From: Paramoeba atlantica
Taxonomy: Eukaryota; Protista; Discosea
DNA: 64,000 nt
Assembly (NCBI GenBank): GCA_977017575.1
Contig: CDRNVI010000042.1
Location: forward strand, 119,756-183,755
Direction: 5' to 3'
This document shows, piece after piece, positions 50,082-61,609 of the stretch. Position 1 is the stretch's first letter; each line of letters starts with the position of its first letter. The translations under genes were made by a program, and so were the position numbers. A model generated the notes under the pieces. The model ran no database searches and was not told the DNA's origin. It saw only the letters and a list, made by a program, of their open reading frames with translations.

Positions 50082-51683
50082 TTAAATTAACTTAATGCGG
50101 TGTTCCCTACTGAAAAGAGTGGTTCCACAATTTTTATATTTTTGCAGAGCTTGCTGCAGCACAGCAAAGGTCGCTTGCTGCCGAAACTCAAATTCTTTTG
50201 TTTGTACCGCTTTCGAACGACTTCCTGAATCGGCAACGTTTTCTTCAGAGAGAAGATCAGCAATAATAAGATGCACACCAGAAACTTTCAGTTTTTGCAA
50301 TATTAGATTTACAATCTTGTCCACATTCTTGGACACCGAAAACCCCTTTTCGATGGACCAACCCACACAAGTGTTGTCGACGGCTCCTATGATTGTGATT
50401 GGTAGGGCAAATGAGAAACTTTTTTCAAAAGCTATTGCCTCAGCATGTTCGATCTGCAGCTCCTCCTCAAAAGCATCTCCCAAGTGATGTTGTATTGTTC
50501 CATCGTCTTGATAAATGCACGCAGACCACCGAGTCGGCGTTGCATCTGATGCAAAAAGTACCGAATCTTTGTTAACATGGGTTGCAAAGCTCAATCTATG
50601 TGACTACACTACACGTATCGTGGAGATCATCTCCAAGATCATCGCTAAAGGTTCCTCCAAATTTACTTCTTTTTTGTCCCATTCAGTAATCTGACCAAGG
50701 TCACTTTGAATTTTTGTGACTCAACAAGAGGACGGCAAACCGCAGAAATCCAAGAAATCGGGAGTAGACACGGGAGATTGCTTCTATTGGCGCCTGGGCA
50801 CTCACTTGCCACGCTTTGAGCAGCGAATTGTCAATCGACCAAGTAAGACCCAAAGGAGTTTGGCGAAGCGAGATACCGCAAAACGTAAATTCAGCTTTAT
50901 GTTTTTCCGCAGTGATGTACTTCAAGCTTAGTCTTGCCCTAAGCTCAAAATTACGGATCAGAATATCTTTCCAGCGCATTTGCAGATGGGACGAAACATA
51001 AAAGCATAGAGAGTCATATACCACAATAATTAAACCGCCATCCTGCAGCCGGAGACAGCCTTGCGCTTCAGTCCACTTGACGTCTTCTTCAGGTACGTAA
51101 AGCTCCCTGCGTTCCTCAGCAGTAAGATTAAGGAGGGCACCCCACACTAGGGCTTGGCAAATACCGCATGCCTTTTTGTAGCCCATTGGAAGAACGCATG
51201 ATTGTAGTATAGTGTCTCCGAACCGAATGCAACACCGACGGCGCAATTTTTCACGGATCGGTATTTGGTAGTGAGCGTTACGTATATCCAGGTGTACTGC
51301 GCGAAGGCGATGGCGAGCAACATCTGTTTCACGTAGCAACTCAAGAATGCCTCCAACACTCAGAAGAGAAAAGGATACTTCCTTCCTTTGGGATGCATCG
51401 TTCAGAGTTCGTAGGTCAATTATAGCTCTTGCGGAGGAAGCGTCCTTAACGACGCTAAAATAGTTTCCCAATAACCCCTCTTGCCCTTTAGGAAAGTTCA
51501 TGTATTGTGTGAGAACACCCACTTTCCATAGATATCTAATTGGGGTAGCCCACTTTTCGTTGTTACATCTACTGTATATAGTTTAGTTTGTAGCTCTTCG
51601 GGGGGCCCATCAGAAGGATGGACATAACATGAATCTACAGGATCTTCATTCAGAAGGCGGATAGCAGTGCCTACAACTGGCAT
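50082..51683 (-). mobile_element. Degenerate DIRS/VIPER/TATE-like retrotransposon RT + RNase H
   Basis: RT (50701-51522): YFSVVKD..ARAIIDLRTLN, DIRNAHYQIPI, VLPMG, VVYDS. RNase H (50082-50594): FASDAT, IEHAEAIA, VDNT, NVADSGSR. Frames are disrupted. Confidence 0.8.
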
Positions 51684-53060
51684 ATCAAGGACTGTTCGCT
51701 TGTAGTCAATTGATGAGACAATAAATTTACCGCGTCCAACATTGGCTAATTCCGAAAGCGGGGCATCGATGGATGCGCAATACTTCCTTTCCAGAGCACA
51801 CTTGTATTTTTACAAACTTTTTTCTCTAAGCTTCCATCGCTAGCTTCATCTTTTTCTTCTTCTATGCCCAGCTCATCAGTGCTTTCCACACCCATGAGAT
51901 GAATGAAATATGGCATGCGGTACGTTCAGTATAAGGTGCCGTATGAGAAACTCCTGTGTAAATCCTAAATTCGACTGATGAAATAAGAGTCTTAATCTTC
52001 TTTTCTTTTTTCTCTGGATAATGTGCTTTACCACTAAATCCTAGAAAAACATAGACGTAGAACATGGTCTGTAGAAATGTATAAATTATGCATGATTTGT
52101 TTTTGGAGAAATAGTAATAAAATTTATATGTAATAATATACACGTATGTATGTCACGTGTATGTCACGCGGTCGGTGTCGGGGGCGTTTTTCCAATTGCG
52201 ACCACCACACGGGTCATGCTCCACTTCCAAAATCACACGCGCAAACATTCCCTCCACGGCAATGCGCGAACGCAGGAGAACCACGTGCCGCAGCCCACCC
52301 GTCAATTCGCCCGCCTCTGCAGGAAAACTCCGAAGCTGTCGAAGTCTTTCTACAAAGGATGCCGACACTTTCGGGCAATCAACTGTACCAATGTCTGTCC
52401 GCGCCTGCCGAAGCAGTCGTCGGCAGACCGCTCCAAGAGACCTCTCATGACGGTCTCGAGCCTTTTCAATAATTCGATCCTCCTCTTTTTGTTGAGATCC
52501 GTGAGATATACTTTAGATATTTAATGGCCCATGCTACGTTACATATTATATTCACTCAAAATAATAGTTTCGCGTGTTTTCCGTTCCTTTATTTATTCAC
52601 ATGTTACCAGAGTTTGCGCACACACCTATCGAAATGTCTCCTACGCACTCTATACGCACGAAAAATAAAGGTAACCTGATAAATGAAAAGGGGAAACGAT
52701 CAAGATCCAAGGAGAAGCGTGAAAATGCGAATACGCACAACAACCAAAAAACACGAAAAACTGATGGAAAAAGGAGTACGAATACATATTCACCAGGATT
52801 AGCAGAGGTAACTTTAGCAAGAAAGCATCCACAAAGAAAGCGAGCTAATTGTGAAGAGGAGTGCAAGAGAACTCGAAAGGGGGGGAGCTCTTCTTCTAAA
52901 ACGTGATTTTGGAAGCCCAAAAGTTGAATGGAGTATCATTTTATTTATTTTGTTTATTTATTTATTTTTACTTTTATTTTATATTCAATAATGCGATTAA
53001 TTGGTCTGTTTCAGCAGTTGAAGAGGGGGTTGTGAGACGAAGGGTTGTTCATATATTTAT

Positions 53061-53442
53061 AAACCCCCCACAGCGAAAAGTCACCCCCCTCTAACTTTTC
53101 AGCCAAGTGTCCGTTTGAGCTCATTTTTGTTGCATTTTGCTGTTCCCAACACAAAGACTATGCGCGTTATAGCATGAAACCAAGGCTCTCAAATGCGTGC
53201 ATCCGATAGATGGATTATCACTTTCTTCACATTTTTCAAGAGGCCAATTTCTCACACTTTAACAAATTATATCTTCTCCTCCCATGAGAATTCTAATTAT
53301 TTCTGTCCGTTTTTGCTGATTTTTGTTGCAAACGAGAGATCTCGTTCTCCTAGCAAAGATCTTTGCCGCTATTTTTTAATATTGACCCACTTGTGCCCCC
53401 TGGCCGCGGAGTGTTTGTTTTCCTAAATTATTGTGGTATGAC
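53061..53442. mobile_element. Left ~380 bp of the MITE at 59453-60389 (near-identical copy), truncated by fusion to Tc1
   Basis: Sequence matches 59453-59846 from AAACCCCCCACAGCG to GTGGTATGAC. Confidence 0.92.
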
Positions 53443-54494
53443 AGCTGCGCCGCGAGGGCGTTGCTGATGTTGTTCCTCAGTCTATCCGAGTTTCGATGCA
53501 CCGCTTCGGACACAAAGGTAGAAAGCGTGTCCGCAAGCCCTACCTGTCCAAGCGCCATCGCAAGCTTCGGATGGACTTTGCCACGGCCCATGAGCACTGG
53601 ACAGTGCACGACTGGGCTCCAGTTGTATGGTCGGACGAGACGAAGATCTCGCGCTTTGAAACGGGGGGAAGTCTTTGGACATGGGGGACCCCGGGGGAGG
53701 AACTGGGTGAAAAAGGGGTAATTCCCACGGTAAAGTACGGAGGGGGGCACATCATGATTTGGGCGTGCATGTCCCGAAGCGGTGTGGGGCATGTGCGTCT
53801 AGTTCAAGGGAACCTGAACGCCACACAGTACGTCGAGATTCTTGAAGAGAATCTTGCCCCCTCCATCGAAACTATGGGTCTAGACCCCCCAATGGTCATC
53901 TTCCAACAAGATAATGACCCCAAGCACACAAGCCATTGTGCGCAACGGCACCTCCGGGGTACCGGGTTTGAAGTCATGCGGTGGCCCACGCAGTCCCCTG
54001 ACTTAAATCCAATCGAAAACGTTTGGGGGGAACTCAAGCGGCGCCTTGCAGCGCACGATGATCCACCAAGCGGGGTCCGAGAGTTGTGGGAGAGGGTAAA
54101 AATGGAATGGGCGAACATACCACCCTCAGTATGTCGTGCCCAGGTGGACAGTATGCCTGCCCGTATGAAGGCAGTGCTGAAGGCTCGTGGGGGGAATACT
54201 AAATACTAATTTTAGGGGCATAATCTCTCTTGGGCGATTACGTTTCATCTATTTTTTGGGACAAGATTTTCTCTATAATAGGTAGCAAAAAAACCTTTCG
54301 AATGCTAAACTTTTTTATATTCATTCTTATTTCTTTGGTAGAACGAACTGAGGTGAACTATCTACGGGTACTATTAGGTGACACTCATGCCTACACTACT
54401 AGCACACATTACCAGCGCAACGGTGATATTTAATCAATAGCTCTATACAAAAGAAAAAAAAACCGAAACATTCGAACGGTTTTTTTGCTGACTG
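53442..54494 (+). mobile_element. Tc1-family (DD34E) transposon arm, 5'-truncated; transposase ORF to 54209
   Basis: WSDETK, FQQDNDPKH and SPDLNPIENVW with 34 residues between the second D and E; ends TTTTTTTGCTGACTG followed by TA. Confidence 0.95.
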
Positions 54495-55580
54495 TATGCC
54501 GATGATATTGTGTTCTTTTCACCTGAAAGAAAGACGCTCCAAGAAATGTTAGTAGCCTTAACGAGAGTTGCAGAACGAGCTGGGCTTAAACTTAACATAG
54601 GTCCGTCAAAAACAGCTTGGATGGTAATCGGAGGACGATTGAACGTATGGACAAATGATACGATTACTCTAGGAAATTACGGCATTGTACCTAGGGCTGA
54701 CTCATATCGATATCTAGGCCACATGAAACACTCGCATAAGAATCGAGCCACTTTACAAGACCGTATACAATTAGCTTGGAGAGCATTTCATCGCTTAAAG
54801 CCGCTCTGGAGGGAACATTTAAGTGTAACGCTCCGCCTGAGAATATTTAATGCTCTTGTAACATCAGTTTTGTCGTACGGTTTAGCCTCTTTGGTTCCGA
54901 CAGGTGTAGAATTAAAGATACTTGACACAGAAGTCAATAAGATGCGCAGAATAGCGACAGGGACGCCGTTGTGGGATGGTTATAGCAAATACCAACATGT
55001 GCGCTGTATAGGGGAGAACCGAAAGTTTCAACGCTCCTGAGAGTCAACCGCGCTAAACTAGTTGGACACCTTTTGCGGCATGATTCCCCTATTGCGAATG
55101 TTGCATTATGGAACATAAGGGAAGAGGCACGCATACGCTCATTGACTGAAGCTTGTGCCCAGGATCTAGCAATAGATCCAATAGAAATGCACGAACGGGC
55201 ACTTGATCGATGTTCTTGGCGTAATCTTATTCAGAATTTGTACCAACGACTAGAACCTATCGCCTATTATAATCCTTTTGATTCAACTAAAAGAATAGCA
55301 GAAGTTGCAAAGATTTTGCAATCGAATCAAAACTCTCTGGAAAAATGGCACGCATTGCAGTTTCAAGAGGAGGGTGAGACACTTTGGCCCCATAACAACT
55401 TGCTTCATATATATTGTGATGGTTCAGTGAGAAAGCTTTCGAACAATATATTCGCAGGGGCATGTGCTGTAGCCTTCGAAGGAAACGAGATTCTAGCGAC
55501 TAACGACAAAACATTGGACTCTATTAACGCAACACCAATACGGGCAGAGCTTTCAGCTTTCTTATTGGCATACGGTGACC
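54495..55580 (+). mobile_element. 3' half of an RTE-like non-LTR retrotransposon: RT from YADD onward plus truncated RNase H
   Basis: TAT GCC GAT GAT (YADD) at 54495, GLKLN..KT, YRYLG, RIQLAWRAF, VLSYG; after a frameshift KLVGHLLRH, DRCSWR, then IYCDGS and RAELSA. Confidence 0.88.
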
Positions 55581-56830
55581 GCCAGCCCTGCCGCCAGTCT
55601 TGTTGTAATTTATGCTGCTAACGAGCATGTTCCCCAACTGATCCGTTGGGTCCTCGATGCTTCAGAAGAAGCTGGATGAGTGGTGGTCGTGCTGGTGTTG
55701 GGGTCCTGATTGTCGCGTGAACTATTTTTTGGGAAATCTTTTGGAGGAATCTTTTTGGGGAGTGAAGAACACGGGTGCGAATTCGTCGTCGATGGTGCGT
55801 GTTCTGATGTGACTCGGTTCGCTTCTTTGGGATTCGGCGGTGATGATGCGTGTTCTGATCGAGATATGATTCGATTCGATTCGATTCTTGTATAGAAATC
55901 GGGGGCGGTGTCGTAGCGCTTTTGAAGCTAGAGAGTAGCTGGATCCCAGCGCGTGCGTCAGATTGCGTTGCATTATTTGCGAAGTAGATTTTCCTACGTC
56001 GAACGAGGTCTTTGGTCGATGCTACCAACGGATTTGTCTGTTGATGGGGCGGTGATGGGGCTTGAGCCGATTCTTGTGCGGGATTTGGCGGCAGTGATAC
56101 GCGTTCTGGCCGCGATGTTGTGACTTGATTGGATTCTTGCGTGGGATTTTGCGGCGGTGCGTGTTCTGGCCGCGGTGTTTTTTTTTTTTTTTTTGGTACA
56201 TGGAGAAAATCTTTGCCACAACCGCCTCGACCGCCACCCGGTGTCCAACCGGCAGGCCTTTCTTGGTCGAGTGAGCTGGCCACCTTCCAGTGGCAAGATG
56301 AATGGGTGTTTCCACCCACGCACCTCAGGGGAGACACCTCATTACAGGGTAGTGCGAGACTTGCATACCAGAGTTTTGTTGAATCTCGGATTGCGTCAGA
56401 GACTCTGGTAGCTCACTCGCTAAAAACTCCACTGCTCCGGATTGTTAGTCCAGGAGCGCTCCTAGCGTGGAGAAACGAAGGACCTAGCCTAGAAAAAAGG
56501 ATCTAGTCCCTTCGCCTCTCCGGGAGATGGGGAGGGATAAAACCTCAGCTAGCACCAATGCCGTTCCACCTCCACCGAGGGGGTAGGGTTAGCGCGCTCG
56601 CTAACAACACACATGCCTCGGCAACGGGATGCTACCCCGTCTACGCCCCGGAACGCGGTTAACGACGCCGCGAACAAGGGTTGAACAGGAATAGGAACGG
56701 ACACATTCCCTCCTGCCAGCTCGGAAACCCTTACGTCGGAAGGCTGGGGTCGCCACGCCCCATCACCGGCAACGTTCCAATGCCGGGCTCCTGACCTCAT
56801 CTTCCCCTTCTGACGCACCCAAAAGGATAT
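55580..56830 (-). other. GC-rich low-complexity segment, probably a retroelement leader/ORF1 remnant
   Basis: Recurrent GCGTGTTCTG motif, diverged ~60-bp duplication at 56069-56180, repeated peptides PxNPxQES and NTHHxRRI; origin inferred. Confidence 0.4.
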
Positions 56831-56869
56831 GCCGTGGCAATGACGATCCAGTTAGGATAAACAAAAAGG

Positions 56870-57187
56870 GGTGTATTGCCGCTTGCACGTGTTCTGGGCG
56901 TCCAGCAAAGCCCTGTTAGTGCTGTAGAAAGAAAACATCGGAAATACGTTGTAGAGAAAGGATTAGAACCAGAGTATTTTCGTTGCATCGCTTTAACGGA
57001 TTGTGGAATGTTACATGAAGATGCCAAGGTCTTGATCAAAGCCCTTGCAAAACGAGCGGATTCTGACCCAAAAGTTATACTTGAAGCTTTTCAATTGGAA
57101 AATGAAAAGTTTGCGGCTTACACTATCGTATCGCAATTGCGGAACCACATACAGGGAGAAAAATGGCTAGGTGGCATAAGCCTTTGA
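56870..57187 (+). mobile_element. 3' fragment of a CRE/SLACS-like (restriction-like endonuclease) non-LTR element
   Basis: AVERKHRKYV..FRCIALTDCGMLHEDAKVLIKALA..SQLRN aligns by eye with the ORF at 57858-58376. Confidence 0.65.
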
Positions 57188-57690
57188 AGCCAAATAATCT
57201 TCTAGTCTCCAAAGTCAAGTCTATCTCGTATTATTCAACATGGGCACAGATACAGGACCCAACAACAACATGGGCACAGATACAGGACACTAAACTCTGA
57301 GGGCTATTAAAAGGACAAAATTCCTTTTTGTTTAAGAAAGAAAGGTATTTTCTTTAGAAATAGATTTTTATATGAGGAAAATCCATATAAAAAGTGGGTA
57401 GGCTTCCGGTGGGCCTAGGAGGGTGCACACCAAAAAAAAATTATATCTACGTATAAATATACATCATCATCATACGATAATGAGAACTTGTGAAAGTAAT
57501 TGAAGCATTTATATGTAGAATAAGAAGTATGCATGCTGATCGAATTATTTATGATTAATTATGCAGTGTGATTTCAAAAGACCTTTCCATTCACGCTCTT
57601 CCTCAAAAACCCCCTTTTTGTTTAATACCCCCTTTATATACCCGTGTGGGATGCTAATCCCCACGTGGGACGTACGAAACCATGTAGTCC

Positions 57691-57810
57691 TTAAATAAAA
57701 AACCAAGCATCAAATAGCTCCTCATCAAACGATTCTTGCTTCTCTTTCTTTGCACCAGCCGTCGGGGAGTAAACATTAAATATACACGCCTTCATCTTTC
57801 CAATATGCAT
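57691..57810 (-). mobile_element. Fragment of a non-LTR AP endonuclease
   Basis: IFNVYSPTAGAKKEKQESFDEEL matches the APE motif NVYAPT...EK..FYEEL. Confidence 0.65.
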
Positions 57811-58376
57811 TGCTCCTTTCATAATGCGATCATTGATCTTTTCAACACCTTTCAAGCTTGAAAGCTGGCATTCCTTGTGAGAAGGAACCGCGCCTATATT
57901 CAACGTATCGGTGCACGCAATGCAATGAAGTAGTCGGGCCAGAATACAGGCAGACACATAGTAAAGTGTGCGGAGGGAAATCTTTTCGGCGCTCTGGACC
58001 AGATCTCGTAATTTACTGGAATGATGGAGAAATATATTACGATTTCACCGTGGTACATGAATTAGCGCCTTCAAATTTGGGAACGAAATGCAATAAGCTA
58101 TTCCGGGACGCCATCAAACGAAAACACGATACTTATGTCGCAACAAATAAAATCGCGAAAGAAAAATTCAGATGTATTCCCATCCTCTATGGTGGATCCC
58201 TCCATTTCAATACGAAGTCGCTGTTAATGGCCCTCGCAGATGCGGGCAGCGTACCTCGACAGCAGCTTCAGCTTGAGCTACAACTTTTGCTACAGGAGCA
58301 AAATGGTGCCATACTATATTCACAACTTCGGAATTACCTTGAGAAGGACAAGGGGGCACTCCAGTTCGCTATATAA
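57810..58376 (+). mobile_element. 3' fragment of a CRE/SLACS-like REL endonuclease non-LTR element
   Basis: HNAII, AGIPCEKEP, GPDLVI, YDFTVVH, KRKHDTY and FRCIP (PD..D..K type). Confidence 0.75.
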
Positions 58377-58500
58377 AGAGTTTCTAAAGAGGGGAAGAGC
58401 TTCTAAAGCCTGCAGTCAGGATAGATTTTTCAGAACTTGAGATAGTAATTGGCGCATTTACATAACATATATACATGTATATATATACATGTATATATAT

Positions 58501-59434
58501 AAACCCCCGCTCACGAAAAGTGACCCCCCTCTTTTTTTTTGTACAAATGTCCGTTTGAGCTGATTTTTGTTGCATTTTGCAGATCTCAACACAAGGACTT
58601 TGCGCGTGAAGAAATGAGACAAAAAGAAACGAATACGCACAATTTAGAGAAGAATTACCATTTTGTCACTTTTTCGCCCTTCAATCTTATACACTCCTTA
58701 AGTCCAGAATCAAAACTTAATACTGTTTTGTCGATCACTTTTTGAGTTAAAGAAGATCATGCTTTACGTACACATCGGATAAGTGAAGGTTTGTCCGATG
58801 GCGTTTGTTCGTCTACCGCCTCTTGGACCATAGACCAGACGTTTTCTATGGGGGAAAGGTCGGGCGAGTTGGGGGGCCAGTTTCTTAGAACATCACTCAT
58901 TCGATTCTCAATATACTCTTTGGAGGCACGGGCAGTATGTGCCGTTGCTCTATCCTGTTGAAATACACTATTAGGGGGAAATCTACCTGTTTTAATGTTT
59001 CTATGTACGTCTCACTTGTAATAGATGTGTCATTGTAGATGTCTCACTTGTAATAGATGGTCACAGGACTCAAAGTGTATTCCTCACTAGATTTTTTTTC
59101 GTTCTGATATTTTTTGATTATCCTTCTAGAGACGTTAAAATCACGGGATAATTGTTTAATCGGAACACCTTCTGCCTGTCTCATCTTCAAAAGAACCTTA
59201 CCACAATCCGTAAGCCCCCTTTTGGGAGCCGATATGGTGATTTTGTCATTTTTGGAAAAAAAAGTTGAAAAACCAATTATGTTTTTGTGACTAAATTTTA
59301 AAATTTTAAAATCAGCTAAAAACAGCGGGAACGTATAGATCTCGAAATTTTGAACGAAACAGTGGTATGATAACCCACCCACGCCCCTCTGTGCTAAAAA
59401 TAAGGGGGGGTCACTTATTCGTGAGCGGAGGTTT
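58501..59434 (-). mobile_element. Internally deleted Tc1-like element (DD35E) with ~30-bp TIRs in TA repeats
   Basis: TIRs AAACCCCCGCTCACGAAAAGTGACCCCCC / GGGGGGGTCACTTATTCGTGAGCGGAGGTTT. On the - strand: HTH GVPIKQLSRDFNVSRRIIKKY (~59200-59100) and FQQD...WPPNSPDLSPIENVW (58963-58835). Confidence 0.88.
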
Positions 59435-59452
59435 ATATATATATATATATAT

Positions 59453-60389
59453 AAACCCCCCACAGCGAAAAGTCACCCTCTAACTTTTCCCCCTCTAACT
59501 TTTCAGCCAAGTGTCCGTTTGAGCTCATTTTTGTTGCATTTTGCTGTTCCCAACACAAAGACTATGCGCGTTATAGCATGAAACCAAGGCTCTCAAATGC
59601 GTGCATCCGATAGATGGATTATCACTTTCTTCACATTTTTCAAGAGGCCAATTTCTCACACTTTAACAAATTATATCTTCTCCTCCCATGAGAATTCTAA
59701 TTATTTCTGTCCGTTTTTGCTGATTTTTGTTGCAAACGAGAGATCTCGTTCTCCTAGCAAAGATCTTTGCCGCTATTTTTTAATATTGACCCACTTGTGC
59801 CCCCTGGCCGCGGAGTGTTTGTTTTCCTAAATTATTGTGGTATGACGATGCAAAAAAATCAAACCTAAAAACAATTTTCTTCTTCAGTTTCTAAAATGAT
59901 CTAAAAATGGTGGGAACGTGTAGATCTCAGAATTTTGAACGAGAAAATGATATCTTGACCCCCTTAGGCCCCTTCAAGCAAAAAGTAAAGGGGACAGCTT
60001 AAAAAAGTTGATTTATCACCGTTTCAAGAAAGAACCAATCAAAGAGAAATATTCCACCACGTGACAAATTGAATGTTTGTTATCTGTTTTTGATCATTTT
60101 TGTTGCAATCGAGAGAACTCGTTCCCCTAGCGAAGATCTGTGACACCATTTTCATGTTGACCCCCTTCCCCCCCTGGTCGAGGAACATGGGATTTTTTGG
60201 GTAATATTGGCATGACTATGTAAAAACGTCATTAAAAAAATGAGTTTTAATTTGTTATCTGTGAAGAGGTCTAAAAACAGCGGGAACGTGCAGATCTCAA
60301 AATTTTGAACGAAAAAGTGGTGCCGCAACCCCCCTAAGCCTCGTTGTACAAAAAAAAGAAGGAGGTGACTTATTCGCTGCGGGGGGTTT
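59453..60389. mobile_element. 937-bp non-coding MITE related to the 58501-59434 element
   Basis: TIRs AAACCCCCCACAGCGAAAAGTCACC / GGTGACTTATTCGCTGCGGGGGGTTT; (TA)n on both sides; internal diverged duplications. Confidence 0.88.
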
Positions 60390-60645
60390 ATATATATATT
60401 TATAAATTGTATTTATACGTTATTATTTGTTTTAGTTGTGTTTCGCCAGCAGATAAGGTGGCCAAGTGTATGGGAGGTGAGTTGGAGGACATTTTCGCCC
60501 CTATAGGGCCATTCTCATAAGAAAGTAATGAGGATGCACGAGTTCTTGGCTGCAGATGGACTCTTTGCGCGTAAATTTTATGTGAGTTTACATGGAGAAG
60601 TGTTTATGTTTATGGTGTAAATTGTAAACCCCCCAGCTGATACAT

Positions 60646-61609
60646 ATGTATCAGTGTCTTTGTTGTTGTTGTGTTGTATGGTGGGTAGCGTATGAACGGG
60701 TACCCGAGAAGCTGTTTCCGTTCCCCCCCGAAGACGATAGGGTAGTGGTCTGCGGAGGACGTGTCAAAGTTCCAAGGAAGAAGCAGTCTGAGAGGAAGCG
60801 TCGGTATTTCTTTCGGAAAGATGCTGAGCGTGGCAACCTCAGCCAAGAGATTCAAAGCAATTCCAATGCCAGGAACAAGAGTTTGACGATTATGTCACTA
60901 AATGTAACAACACTTGACCTTAAAGGGGGTGACAATGACCGAAAACAGTGCTTCTTCAGCAGCAATTTTGCATCTCATTAATGAGGTGTACTCCTCTGGT
61001 CAAATTCCACTCTCTTAGCAGGAAATTCTACACATTTCGATTCCTAAAAAGGGCGACCTTTCAAGTCTTACGAACTGGCAAGCAATCTGTCTCACGAATC
61101 ACATCGTAAAAATAATGAATAACATGATACTGAATCGCATACAAGCGATTATTGAACCAAAACTGAGGAACAACCAATTTGGTTTCCGGCCACTGCGTTC
61201 CACGGTTGGTGCCCAGGCGATCCTAACTGAGATTATTCAAAAAGCATTAAGGGGACCACAAGGCATTTTTCTTGGGTTCGTAGACTTTAAAGGGGCCTTT
61301 CCATCCATATCTCACGGGGCTATTGCAGAATGCTTGACAGCATTTTCAATCCCGCCTATGTTAAATCGAATGATTTTGGCGACAAACGAATCTCCGACAG
61401 GGTATGTGAAAACACAATTTGGCAAAACAGAAAACTTTGAAATCGCATCTGGGGTTCTCCAAGGTGATGTTTTGGCACCTTTATTTTCGTAATGTGTCTC
61501 GACAAGATTTTAGAGTTGGCCATGCAAATCCAATTTTCGGGTTAACTCTTTTTCGTTCGGGAACAAAAAGCCGTGGAGTTCAACAGTTAAGAATAACGGA
61601 CGTGGATTA
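60646..61609 (+). mobile_element. 5' half of the RTE-like element: APE start, internal deletion, RT domains up to the Y of YADD
   Basis: SLTIMSLNVTTL (60880), IPKKGDLSSLTNWQAICL, NQFGFRPLRST, FVDFKGAFPSISH, GVLQGDVLAP and ITDVD-TA; one in-frame stop plus frameshifts. Confidence 0.9.

Noticed and set aside
52153-52368. Minus-strand peptide with GLRH...H...Y as a possible tyrosine recombinase for the VIPER-like element
   Set aside because: Motif spacing is wrong and flanking frames have stops; not supportable without a profile search
54374-54385. TTAGGTGACACT resembles the SP6 promoter (possible vector)
   Set aside because: Only 12 nt match, and it is an integral part of both transposon arms
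56583-56592. TAGGGTTAG telomere-like sequence
   Set aside because: Single unit, no array
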